In this document: piece after piece, positions 14,739-22,776 of the stretch | Layout: each line of letters starts with the position of its first letter | Position numbering within the stretch: position 1 is the stretch's first letter | Source of the DNA: Candidatus Scalindua sp. | GTDB taxonomy: Bacteria; Planctomycetota; Brocadiia; Brocadiales; Scalinduaceae | Length of the DNA: 32,000 nt | Reading direction: 5' to 3' | Assembly: GCA_031316235.1 (NCBI GenBank) | Contig: JALDRA010000001.1 | Coordinates: 2,160,001 to 2,192,000 of the forward strand | Position numbers and translations under genes: made by a program | The notes under the pieces: model-generated | Databases searched by the model: none | The model's input: the letters and a program-made list of their open reading frames with translations, nothing else | What the model was told of the DNA's origin: nothing

Positions 14739-17177
14739 ATGAATAGTATTAACGAATACAATAAAAATTTAAGATTTCTCTGGGTGTTGTTTTTTATCTT
14801 CCTCCTTGGAATTACGACTGCTTTTGCATTTGAATCTGATAAAGAATTATTCACTGAAGCACTCCAATCATCTGATACTTACGCTACCCGGGAGAAAGCG
14901 GAGCAAGACCCAACTATTGTCAGGAGCAGATATGTAAATGTTAATTTTACATTACTTGCTGAGGAAAAAGATGTTGCATCCAAATCTCAAGGGGATGATT
15001 CTTTAATCGTCTTGAACCTGTTTGATGAAGTCGCGGTAACAGCTATTAATGAACGTGTGGAAAGAAGATCTTCGAGTAGTTACACATGGATCGGGTGGAT
15101 TCCGGAAAGGGAAGTTGGTCAGGCGGTCCTGGCGGTAGAGGGTGGTCATATGGCCGGGAATATTACTATCGGGGGGAAAATGTATCAGGTTAGGAGTATA
15201 GGCAATGGTGTACACGCCATATACGAAATAGATCAGGGGGCCTTCTCTGATGAACACCCTCCGATTCCCGTAGAAGGGCTGGATGATTCCCATGAGGCTG
15301 ATCAAAGTTCACAGGAAGATTCTGCATCCACCATTGATATTATGGTGGTGTATACGGATGATGCAAGAGCTGCCGCTGGTGGGACATCCTCCATAAATGC
15401 GCAGATCCACCTCGCCATCAGCGAAACGAACCAATCCTATGCCAACAGTGGTATATTCCAGAGAGTGAGACTTGTCCATGCACAAGAGGTGTTTTACGCA
15501 GAAACAGGCGATATGTATACGGATTTAGACCGTATCACATCAGCGGGTGACAGCTGGTTGGATCAAATACATACATGGAGGAATACCTATTGTGCCGATA
15601 TGGTGAGTTTCTGGGTTGAAAATGGGGGAAGCTATTGCGGGCTTGCCTGGCTTATGGTTGATGTTTCAAACAACTTTGAATCTGCTGCCTTCAGTGTGGT
15701 AGATCGAGGCTGTGCAACCGGGAACTTTGTCTTTGGCCACGAACTAGGACACAATATGGGGGCCCATCATGACCGTGCCAATGCCAATGGGTATGGAGCA
15801 TACTCCTATTCATTCGGATATCAAGACCCTGGTAGAAATTGGAGGACGATCATGGCATACAATTGTCCCGGTGGTTGTATCAGGGTAAATAACTGGTCGA
15901 ACCCGGACGTTTTGAGAAATGGCATCCCAATGGGTGTACCTTCCGGACAATCTGATTCCGCAGACAACCGCAAAGCGCTCAACAACACAGCATTTACTGT
16001 TGCCAATTTCAGACAAGCGTGTGGCGGTGGCAGTACCCCTGAGATAACGAGTCCGGTGCCTGGTTCGATATTAAATTGTGGTGATCTGTTTTTTAACTGG
16101 TCAGCAAATGGCACCGCAGTAAGTGAGTGGCAGCTATATGTTGGAACCATGCAGGGTGGAAGAGATATTCTTGACAGTGGCAATTTGGGCAGCATTACAT
16201 CTCTCACCGTAAGTGGAATACCAGAAGATGGGAGCACGGTTCATGTGCGGCTTCGTTATAACTCAGGAGGTACGTGGCGGTTTGTTGATTATCAGTACAC
16301 GGCAGCCAGTAACTGCGGCGGTACACCTTCAATGACATCCCCCGCATCAGGTTCGACCTTGAATTGTACATCGCATCAGTTTTCCTGGACCAACCCTAAT
16401 GGTTCCACAGCATTCTGGGTGTATGCGGGGAGCAGTAGAGGTGCATACGATTATTACAACAGCCGCAATATTGGAACGGCAACGAGTCATGCGGTCACCG
16501 GACTGCCGTCGGATGGCAGCACAGTGTACGTCAGGCTGTATTATTACAAGAACGGCTGGAAAAAAGAGGATTACACCTATAAGGCGTGTACTGGCGGAGG
16601 CGGAGGAACGGCACCTTCAGTGACATCCCCCGCATCAGGTTCGACTTTGAATTGTACATCGCATCAGTTTTCCTGGACCAACCCTGATGGTTCCACAGCA
16701 TTCTGGGTGTATGCAGGGAGCAGTAGAGGTGCATACGATCATTACAACAGCCGTAATATTGGAACAGTAACGAGTCATACGGTCACCGGACTGCCGTCGG
16801 ATGGCAGCACAGTGTACGTCAGGCTGTATTATTACAAGAACGGCTGGAAAAAAGAGGATTACATCTATAAGGCTTGTACCGACGGAGGCGGAGGAACGAC
16901 ACCTTCAGTGACATCCCCCGCATCAGGTTCGACCTTGAATTGTACATCGCATCAGTTTTCCTGGACCAACCCTGATGGTTCCACAGCATTCTGGATGTAT
17001 GCGGGGAGCAGTAGAGGTGCATACGATTATTACAACAGCCGTAATATTGGAACAGTAACGAGTCATACGGTCACCGGACTGCCATCGGATGGCAGCATAG
17101 TGTACATCAGGCTGTATTCCTACAAGAACGGCTGGAAAAAAGAGGATTATACCTATAAGGCGTGTACTGGCGGATGA
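14739..17177 (+). CDS. secreted metzincin (reprolysin/M12B-like) zinc metalloprotease with four C-terminal ~96-aa Cys-bracketed domains
   Basis: Signal peptide (LWVLFFIFLLGITTAFA). Zinc motif HELGHNMGAHHD (15738-15773, HExxHxxGxxH) and a downstream Met-turn candidate (RTIMAY). Four repeats of the SP.SGS.LNC...W.YAG...G..D...S...G....V.GLP.DGS.VY.RL...K..W...DY.Y.AC type follow. Confidence 0.8.
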   Translation: MNSINEYNKNLRFLWVLFFIFLLGITTAFAFESDKELFTEALQSSDTYATREKAEQDPTIVRSRYVNVNFTLLAEEKDVASKSQGDDSLIVLNLFDEVAVTAINERVERRSSSSYTWIGWIPEREVGQAVLAVEGGHMAGNITIGGKMYQVRSIGNGVHAIYEIDQGAFSDEHPPIPVEGLDDSHEADQSSQEDSASTIDIMVVYTDDARAAAGGTSSINAQIHLAISETNQSYANSGIFQRVRLVHAQEVFYAETGDMYTDLDRITSAGDSWLDQIHTWRNTYCADMVSFWVENGGSYCGLAWLMVDVSNNFESAAFSVVDRGCATGNFVFGHELGHNMGAHHDRANANGYGAYSYSFGYQDPGRNWRTIMAYNCPGGCIRVNNWSNPDVLRNGIPMGVPSGQSDSADNRKALNNTAFTVANFRQACGGGSTPEITSPVPGSILNCGDLFFNWSANGTAVSEWQLYVGTMQGGRDILDSGNLGSITSLTVSGIPEDGSTVHVRLRYNSGGTWRFVDYQYTAASNCGGTPSMTSPASGSTLNCTSHQFSWTNPNGSTAFWVYAGSSRGAYDYYNSRNIGTATSHAVTGLPSDGSTVYVRLYYYKNGWKKEDYTYKACTGGGGGTAPSVTSPASGSTLNCTSHQFSWTNPDGSTAFWVYAGSSRGAYDHYNSRNIGTVTSHTVTGLPSDGSTVYVRLYYYKNGWKKEDYIYKACTDGGGGTTPSVTSPASGSTLNCTSHQFSWTNPDGSTAFWMYAGSSRGAYDYYNSRNIGTVTSHTVTGLPSDGSIVYIRLYSYKNGWKKEDYTYKACTGG
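16323..17177 (+). repeat. three near-identical 288-bp tandem coding repeats
   Basis: ACATCCCCCGCATCAGGTTCGAC recurs at 16335, 16623 and 16911, a period of exactly 288 nt. The units differ by 7-8 aa per 96 aa. Confidence 0.9.
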
Positions 17178-17264
17178 AAAGAATTTCAGTATGCCCCATC
17201 GCACAGTGAGACCGACAGCTTGATCTTTCATTTCAGTGGATGTTTACACCCCTCCCCTTCATCA

Positions 17265-17939
17265 TTATTGTTGTTGGGGAGTTTTCTTTTCAGAGAAACT
17301 AAGGGCCTCATTCCTGATTGATTCTGGCACTATGCCAAGATCTTCTAACATAAATTCCTGTGTAACATCATAGTCAGGAATTTGTGCTAAATGTATTGTG
17401 GGTTGCATTGATGATGGAATGTATGTACCGGCATATGGATAGGCATAGGTGGTGACATAGGCAATTCTCGATGTTATGTTTTGTTGAAGAGCCACCTTGA
17501 CAGTGCCAAAATTCACGGCGGTATCAGAGGCGTTAAGAGCTATTCCGGGGTTTTGATGTACAGGGAAACGAATCTGTCTGTGAAGGTCCCTGTATGTAAC
17601 CCTTATCAGGTAGTAGTGCCCCTCTTCCAGGGAGACATATACATATCCGTTTTTATCCGGTTTGAACTCCCTGAGTTTCTCGTCCTCGCGCTCTTTAAAA
17701 AATATCGTAAATCCAATACTATCTTCAACAGGGATATCATTAATGAAGAAAACAAACCTTCCCGTAAGGAGTTTATTCCCGTCAAGTTCGCTGGTTGACT
17801 CGATATTATATGCCGTTGTGGTACAGCTGCAGAGGAGAGTTCCAAGCAGCAAGGTCAATAACATTGGATTGATCTTCGATCTGCCGGGATTTTTCTCTCG
17901 ATGAGAAAAAAGATGAAAATGGAGAGATAACAGCTTCAT
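17265..17939 (-). CDS. putative lipoprotein, function unknown
   Basis: 224-aa ORF with a hydrophobic segment ending in a lipobox-like LLGTLLCSC. Alternative start at the ATG at 17864. No clear RBS at either start. Confidence 0.45.
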   Translation of the reverse strand: MKLLSLHFHLFSHREKNPGRSKINPMLLTLLLGTLLCSCTTTAYNIESTSELDGNKLLTGRFVFFINDIPVEDSIGFTIFFKEREDEKLREFKPDKNGYVYVSLEEGHYYLIRVTYRDLHRQIRFPVHQNPGIALNASDTAVNFGTVKVALQQNITSRIAYVTTYAYPYAGTYIPSSMQPTIHLAQIPDYDVTQEFMLEDLGIVPESIRNEALSFSEKKTPQQQ

Positions 17940-18024
17940 GAGATCAGAAAACAGAGTTTACCATTTATTTTGTTTCTCTTGCAGAAATCGGTACTCATTC
18001 GAAAGAACCGCTGATCCTCAACCA

Positions 18025-18498
18025 CTACTTAAAAAATTCGGCAATTAATTTTCCGAGAAAATGGGTAAGGGCGACAACCGCTATTATTATGGTTAAATGT
18101 TCTAAAATTACCTTCCAGGGTTCAGTGCCCTGGGATCTGGCCAGAAAATAACTCAAAACTGTTAATAAAGAAACACCACAGATCATGTTGATTTTGATTG
18201 CAACTGAAAGATCGAATAACAGAACCGGTACAACAAATATGATGGCATAAAGTTTTGACAGGAACGCAGCTATGGTCGCAGCCCAGATTTCCAGCGTGGT
18301 CTGTGTAGGATCTGCCTCCTGGGAAATGTGTATACCAAGGGCGTCCGAAAATGAATCGGCAACTGCAATTGTTAATATCCCGCCAATCACAACACTGCGC
18401 GAATTTGTGCTGGAATATAAACCAATCATTAAACCCAACGTAGTAATTGTCCCTGATGTAAGCCCGAAGGCTACCCCTGTTTTTAAAGAATCTTTCAT
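18025..18498 (-). CDS. VIT1/CCC1-related small integral membrane protein (putative Fe/Mn transporter)
   Basis: 157-aa ORF with 4-5 TM segments. GVAFGLTSGTITTLGLMIGL and GGILTIAVADSFSDALGIHISQEA resemble the VIT-family GxxDGxxT...A.a.SMa.GeY.S segments (recollection). Confidence 0.5.
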   Translation of the reverse strand: MKDSLKTGVAFGLTSGTITTLGLMIGLYSSTNSRSVVIGGILTIAVADSFSDALGIHISQEADPTQTTLEIWAATIAAFLSKLYAIIFVVPVLLFDLSVAIKINMICGVSLLTVLSYFLARSQGTEPWKVILEHLTIIIAVVALTHFLGKLIAEFFK

Positions 18499-18514
18499 TG
18501 TTTTCTCGTCTCAC

Positions 18515-18533
18515 CCAGATCGGTTTTCGTATA
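18515..18533 (-). repeat. family-1 left-end fragment I
   Basis: CCAGATCGGTTTTCGTATA matches the corresponding part of copy F (CCAGATCGGTTTTAGTATA) at 18/19 positions. Confidence 0.5.
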
Positions 18534-18656
18534 TCACTCCTGATCTTCTCTGCGCTCCTTGCGTTGAATACGTACAGATCATTTTGCAATAGATATCGTA
18601 ACTGCGCACGCTTTTCAAAGACTGGTCTTCCGTTCGGTTCAGGAAATACTTTACCG

Positions 18657-19181
18657 TTACAACCAGTATTCAACATTTCTGCCGGTTTTTTTAAACCACA
18701 TTACCCACAGGGACAAGGAGATACAGGTGATGAAACACAAACCAAGAACGATATATGACGCCAGCAGGGAGAGAGAGAATACCCCGGATTTAAATCTGAT
18801 CAGGTATGGGCCTGACACGTTCATGACCGTACCTGCAAAGGCCGTTGAATACACCATAATCTTTACTCCTTCCCTTATATCAGTCATAGAGAGAATACGC
18901 GACATGACGAACACCATCAGGGGGATCATAAACGCATGAACATGGGTAATTTCCAGGATTTCCCTGTATGATTTCGGGAAATCCTGGTAAACATGCTCAT
19001 TATATTCGTATTCTGTTTCTTCGTGAACACTTTCACTGTTGCCGTTATAGTGATCTATTATCCAGCGTGGTGAAAATCCTGTTCTCTCGCAAAAATTGAG
19101 ACAGGAAATACCAAAAGCAATCCCCATGAGGATGAGAAAAAAAGTGATGAAGAGTTTTTTATTTAAAGTAAATGCCGGCAT
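18657..19181 (-). CDS. 4-TM membrane protein, unknown function
   Basis: 174-aa ORF between the DtxR-family gene and the VIT-like gene on the same strand. Hydrophobic segments plus an acidic/His-rich loop (NGNSESVHEETEYEYNEHVYQD). Confidence 0.45.
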   Translation of the reverse strand: MPAFTLNKKLFITFFLILMGIAFGISCLNFCERTGFSPRWIIDHYNGNSESVHEETEYEYNEHVYQDFPKSYREILEITHVHAFMIPLMVFVMSRILSMTDIREGVKIMVYSTAFAGTVMNVSGPYLIRFKSGVFSLSLLASYIVLGLCFITCISLSLWVMWFKKTGRNVEYWL

Positions 19182-19204
19182 AATGGATCTTTTTAAATGG
19201 TAGT

Positions 19205-19894
19205 TTAACCTGTAATGACTCGAACATAAATGTCCTTGACAATGTCTTTGTCCAAAGCAAGCTGTGTTTCACCAAACTGTATGACAAATGTGGGTTCCCT
19301 GTGGTGAACGGTGAACCTGAGCCCCGGGACTACCCCGACAGTTGAAAGTCTCTCCAGGCTGGCCTGTGATTGAGCAGCAATATAAGCGATATCAGCCTGC
19401 ACACCTGACCTCAGCTTGGTAAGTGGTCCAAGAACCGGTTGTAATTTTCGTTTTGCATTCATGCAGCAATCACCCGGCGGGATTTTTTTACCATGCGGAC
19501 AGGTTGTCGGATGCCCAAGCAGTGTACAGATACTCGAAACAATCTCCTCATTTACAAAATGTTCAAATTGGCATGCGCCATGTTCAAATACTTCGTCGCT
19601 GACTTCCAGAACATCATGAAGTAACCTTTCAGCTATGCGGTGGCGCCTCACAATGCGTTTTGCTTTGTCTCTTCCCGCTTTCGTCAATACATAATTTGAA
19701 TATTCACTCTGTATCATATTATTCGTAATCATTTCTCCCAGGACATTCTCCGCAGCTTCCCTGGTGAATTTTTCGTACAGAGTTTCTTTTGTAGCTTTCA
19801 CCTGTTCTTCTTCGGTAACCCATAGATGCCGAAGTATTTCGTCAACTATATGCTTTTCCGGTTTGTTAAGTTGTTTTTTTCCGACGTATATCAT
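19205..19894 (-). CDS. DtxR/MntR-family metal-dependent transcriptional regulator with C-terminal FeoA/SH3-like domain
   Basis: N-terminal wHTH, dimerisation/metal-binding helix RRHRIAERLLHDVL, Cys/His cluster (HGACQFEH, CPHGKKIPPGDCC) and a C-terminal FeoA-like segment (SGVQADIAYI...GVVPGLRFTVHH). Confidence 0.8.
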   Translation of the reverse strand: MIYVGKKQLNKPEKHIVDEILRHLWVTEEEQVKATKETLYEKFTREAAENVLGEMITNNMIQSEYSNYVLTKAGRDKAKRIVRRHRIAERLLHDVLEVSDEVFEHGACQFEHFVNEEIVSSICTLLGHPTTCPHGKKIPPGDCCMNAKRKLQPVLGPLTKLRSGVQADIAYIAAQSQASLERLSTVGVVPGLRFTVHHREPTFVIQFGETQLALDKDIVKDIYVRVITG

Positions 19895-19901
19895 TATCTT
19901 G

Positions 19902-19916
19902 ATTTATCCGATAAAT
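19902..19916. promoter_or_regulatory. perfect 7-1-7 palindrome ATTTATC-C-GATAAAT, candidate operator
   Basis: Lies 8-22 nt upstream of the DtxR-family start codon. Perfect dyad symmetry. Confidence 0.3.
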
Positions 19917-19972
19917 GCTAGAAATATCAGCCTGGTCTCCAGACGGAGCAGGCGTTCTCCCCATACAGGGCT

Positions 19973-20305
19973 TCATTGAATGTGCTTCATGCATTTCTTT
20001 TCACTTGTACCCGTTATCACTATTTCTCCATAATCGCCCGTTGAGTGAAATGCCTGTGTAAAAATCTCCGCTTTTCCTTTCTCCTTGACCTGATTTGCTG
20101 CAGTGACTTGTGGTATCGGTCTGATTGGTAGATTATGGTGCAGGAGAAATACATCAAGCACTGCGAGCAACTTTCTTATACCGCGATCAACACCCCTTAC
20201 CGATACGGGAGCTCCCCGTAATGTTGATAATGTCTTTATTGATCCGTATGAAGGTATGAACCGGTTTGCCCATATACTGATAAAGAAACTGTACTGTGTC
20301 AACAC
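19973..20305 (-). CDS. hypothetical ORF of doubtful coding status
   Basis: 110-aa ORF with only a GTG/TTG start, no RBS and no recognisable motifs. It may be a gene remnant. Confidence 0.2.
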   Translation of the reverse strand: MLTQYSFFISIWANRFIPSYGSIKTLSTLRGAPVSVRGVDRGIRKLLAVLDVFLLHHNLPIRPIPQVTAANQVKEKGKAEIFTQAFHSTGDYGEIVITGTSEKKCMKHIQ

Positions 20306-20317
20306 AAAATTAAGTTT

Positions 20318-20509
20318 TTAGCTCTTTACCAGCTTCCGCTCATCATCATAAATATGGGTTGTAGGAAGAGAGTTAACGTTAAAGTGGAATCCCAGATCTT
20401 CTTCGCCAAAAAAAATGGGATATCTGTTTCCCTTCACCGGGATAAAACTTTTTGCCCTGGTTTTATCAAAATCTAGGGAAACACCGAGAATTGATACATC
20501 ATCCGGTCT
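20318..20509 (-). pseudogene. C-terminal half of a TlpA/ResA-like thioredoxin-fold protein (N-terminal CxxC half missing)
   Basis: DVSILGVSLDFDKTRAKSFIPVKGNRYPIFFGEEDLGFHFNVNSLPTTHIYDDERKLVKS* fits the C-terminal pattern of redoxin-family proteins (V.vlgvs.D......F.......yP.......l...y.v...PttflID..GkiV). The apparent N-terminus of the ORF (MSGDTFTMIWFPVRPKTKSVLVY) is translated family-1 repeat. Confidence 0.55.
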
Positions 20510-20510
20510 G

Positions 20511-20649
20511 TATACTAAAACCGATTTGGTTTTCGGTCTTACCGGAAACCAAATCATGGTGAAGGTATCCCCGGACAAAAAGTGCCGAGGACTTTACTCG
20601 CTCAATTTTATCTCGGATTTTATCCGAAATCCAGTATGAGATGAGTATA
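20511..20649 (+). repeat. family-1 repeat, full-length copy B (139 bp)
   Basis: 6 differences from copy C over 139 nt. Positions 74-139 are identical to copy C. Confidence 0.9.
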
Positions 20650-20889
20650 TTTCGCTTGTATGGCAGAGTAGACAGGAACCTGTTGTTTACAGGGGTTACA
20701 AAAAGTGGCTCAGAAGTCAACAATAAGAACCTTACTCGCTCAAATCGAAGACTGATCATGAAAAAACAACTGAGGGTAGGGGGGGCGTTATACGGGGAGA
20801 GGTGTATAACGCCTTGTGGTTTGCCGTCTTACAATGCAAAACAGGCCTCTTTAGTCCCTTTCCTCAGTTATGTTTTTTCAATACGTAAA

Positions 20890-22302
20890 CTAAAAATAGG
20901 TAGATACTGAGAAAACCAGCTGGTTATTGCTCACCTCTTCAAGCTCACGCCCATGCTCCAAGTTAATCAGATATTCAGCCTTAAATACGGTGTCCTCGGT
21001 GTACCGATAGTTAATACCGGGTGTAATGCGGGTTCTCCTTATTTTACCTTTGTCATAACCAAAATTCCCCATATCAGTTGCGCCAAATCTTAGAACGGCA
21101 GTAAATGTAGAGAATTCATTGAAGAACGTTGGTGCAATATCCTGGAGAAGTCCCGGCATGAAATGGTATCTTGGTTCGATATAATAGCCGAATGAATCCT
21201 GGGCAATCAGATCACTCACCTCTTCTCCGGTTGACACGGTACCATCCCTGTCAGTCATGGTTTTCGCCATCTCACCAACCAATTCAAATGCCCCTTTCTG
21301 GTATGTCCAGTCAAGAGCCACAATGGTTTGGCGGTTTCTGTTCCTCTCATCTATAGTACCCGTGTGGAATGAACCGGCAAATTCCAAACCAAGAAATGGG
21401 CTATAAGCCAGACGCCCAACTACAGCAAAATTGGTATTATTGTCTGCTTTTAAACTCCCTCTTGAACTTCTAATGAATCCTTCAGCTGAGGAAGTCGCCT
21501 GTTCTCCATCATCCTGAAGTGCCTGAAAACCGTTCACGAGATAGATTTCATAGTCCAGTTTTGAGAGTTCGGTAGGATAGAATGTCCCAAAGAATCCCAT
21601 ACCTGCTTCACTTAAGGTTGTGGGAATAATATTTCTGTTTACCATGGGCCTTATGGCAAGGTCTTGAAGGGGTGAGTCGTGAACAAGGTTATACTTACCA
21701 AGGGGACTCAAAATGATACCTCCACGGTAATTTATTGCATCGTTTATGAGAAAATCAAGGGTTGCGAATTCAATCTTCATTTCACCAGATTGCCCGAGTA
21801 CGCCGCCGGGACCATCCGTTCCACCATGCTCGAATTCAATTTCAGTCGCAAACTTGATACGATCCGAAACGTCGGAGTAGATAAAGGGAATAAGGCGATG
21901 CTGGTCGAAAAAATCATTTCCACCTTCATCGAATACAAGCTCATGGTCCATATATCCGCCAACGTAGGTGTTTCTCCCGAATCTCCGTAAGAACGGTTTT
22001 GCGTACTGCTTACCAAAAGTCGGCGCAAGTCCTTTTTCCTGCAGCTCAAAGGCCTTTTTTGCCCAGTAGTCACCTTCGCCTGGAGCGAACCCTTTCAGGT
22101 CTTTCTTTAATGTCAGAAATTCCTGCTTCTCTACTTTTGAGATCTCCTGCTGTTTCTGAAACTGTTCCTTCAGATCCTGAAGCTGCTTTTCCATCGCTTC
22201 GATCTTGGCATTGAGAAATTCATCACCTTCCTGCGCATATGAATTGACAATGCCGGAAGTAAAAATAAAGAGGCAGACGAACGCAAACAGATACTTCTTC
22301 AT
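20890..22302 (-). CDS. outer-membrane beta-barrel porin-like protein with N-terminal coiled coil
   Basis: ATG at 22302 with AAGGAG 7 nt upstream. Signal peptide MKKYLFAFVCLFIFTSGIVNSYA, coiled-coil stretch, alternating beta-strand-like sequence, C-terminal ...VFSVSTYF (terminal Phe). Confidence 0.6.
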   Translation of the reverse strand: MKKYLFAFVCLFIFTSGIVNSYAQEGDEFLNAKIEAMEKQLQDLKEQFQKQQEISKVEKQEFLTLKKDLKGFAPGEGDYWAKKAFELQEKGLAPTFGKQYAKPFLRRFGRNTYVGGYMDHELVFDEGGNDFFDQHRLIPFIYSDVSDRIKFATEIEFEHGGTDGPGGVLGQSGEMKIEFATLDFLINDAINYRGGIILSPLGKYNLVHDSPLQDLAIRPMVNRNIIPTTLSEAGMGFFGTFYPTELSKLDYEIYLVNGFQALQDDGEQATSSAEGFIRSSRGSLKADNNTNFAVVGRLAYSPFLGLEFAGSFHTGTIDERNRNRQTIVALDWTYQKGAFELVGEMAKTMTDRDGTVSTGEEVSDLIAQDSFGYYIEPRYHFMPGLLQDIAPTFFNEFSTFTAVLRFGATDMGNFGYDKGKIRRTRITPGINYRYTEDTVFKAEYLINLEHGRELEEVSNNQLVFSVSTYF

Positions 22303-22527
22303 GGAACACTCCTTTCGAATAATTGTAGAGATAATTAATAACAATTAAGACTCAGTCTCAACAAGACGCCAAAAAAACTCCTCGAATCAAAGGCACTGAA
22401 TCCGGGATTTTCTTAAGGTGAGGGGATGGCTCACAGCATTGGTTATTGCAACTGAGACTAAATTAAAAAATTGCATTGTATAGCGCTTCTTCAGATTGTC
22501 AACAAAATAATTTTCAAGAATTAAATA

Positions 22528-22600
22528 TACCTGGTTTTCCGGTGAAAAACCGTTTTCAAAATATCCGCTGAGTGGATTATGATCTGGTTTTCTGTTTGAC
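22528..22600. repeat. degenerate family-1 debris J (two opposed fragments)
   Basis: CCTGGTTTTCCGGTGAAAAACCG resembles the minus orientation of the left stem region. GATCTGGTTTTCTGTTTGAC (22581-22600) matches the plus-orientation GATCTGGTTTTCGGTTTTAC at 17/20 positions. Confidence 0.35.
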
Positions 22601-22662
22601 TGGATGAGACAAGTCATTATACTCGTACTGGTCTGTGACCGGGCGGAAACTTTTCACCTATG

Positions 22663-22728
22663 GTGCTGCGGTAATAATTCCATACTCCTGAGATACAAGA
22701 GTACGCTCCGGTTACGGAATTAACACGC
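22663..22728 (+). repeat. family-2 ~66-bp repeat, copy 2c
   Basis: See copy 2b. It also shares an exact 14-mer with the reverse complement of 2a. Confidence 0.65.
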
Positions 22729-22776
22729 TTTGTATACTCGCCTTATATTTGATACAGGAATGAAAGGATCTATATT

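Noticed and set aside
16399-17231. Alternative-frame and antisense ORFs 16399-16623, 16531-16734, 16819-17022 and 16923-17231
   Set aside because: They lie inside the metalloprotease tandem repeats and duplicate one another only because the DNA is repeated. The sense frame carries the coherent domain architecture.
5740-18007. Shared 12-mer TACTCATTCGA[GA]A at 5740-5754 and 17992-18007 as a further repeat family
   Set aside because: By my rough estimate dozens of exact 12-mer coincidences are expected by chance between two strands of 32 kb. No extended similarity in the flanks.
18122-18676. 184-aa minus-strand ORF overlapping the VIT-like gene
   Set aside because: It is an alternative frame of the better-supported membrane-protein gene and runs across the intergenic spacer. 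The composition is not protein-like.
20415-20759. ORFs 20415-20639 (+) and 20499-20759 (-)
   Set aside because: Both read through family-1 copy B. The element is intrinsically open in these frames.
22387-22617. 76-aa minus-strand ORF upstream of the porin gene
   Set aside because: It spans degenerate family-1 debris. No RBS and no motifs.
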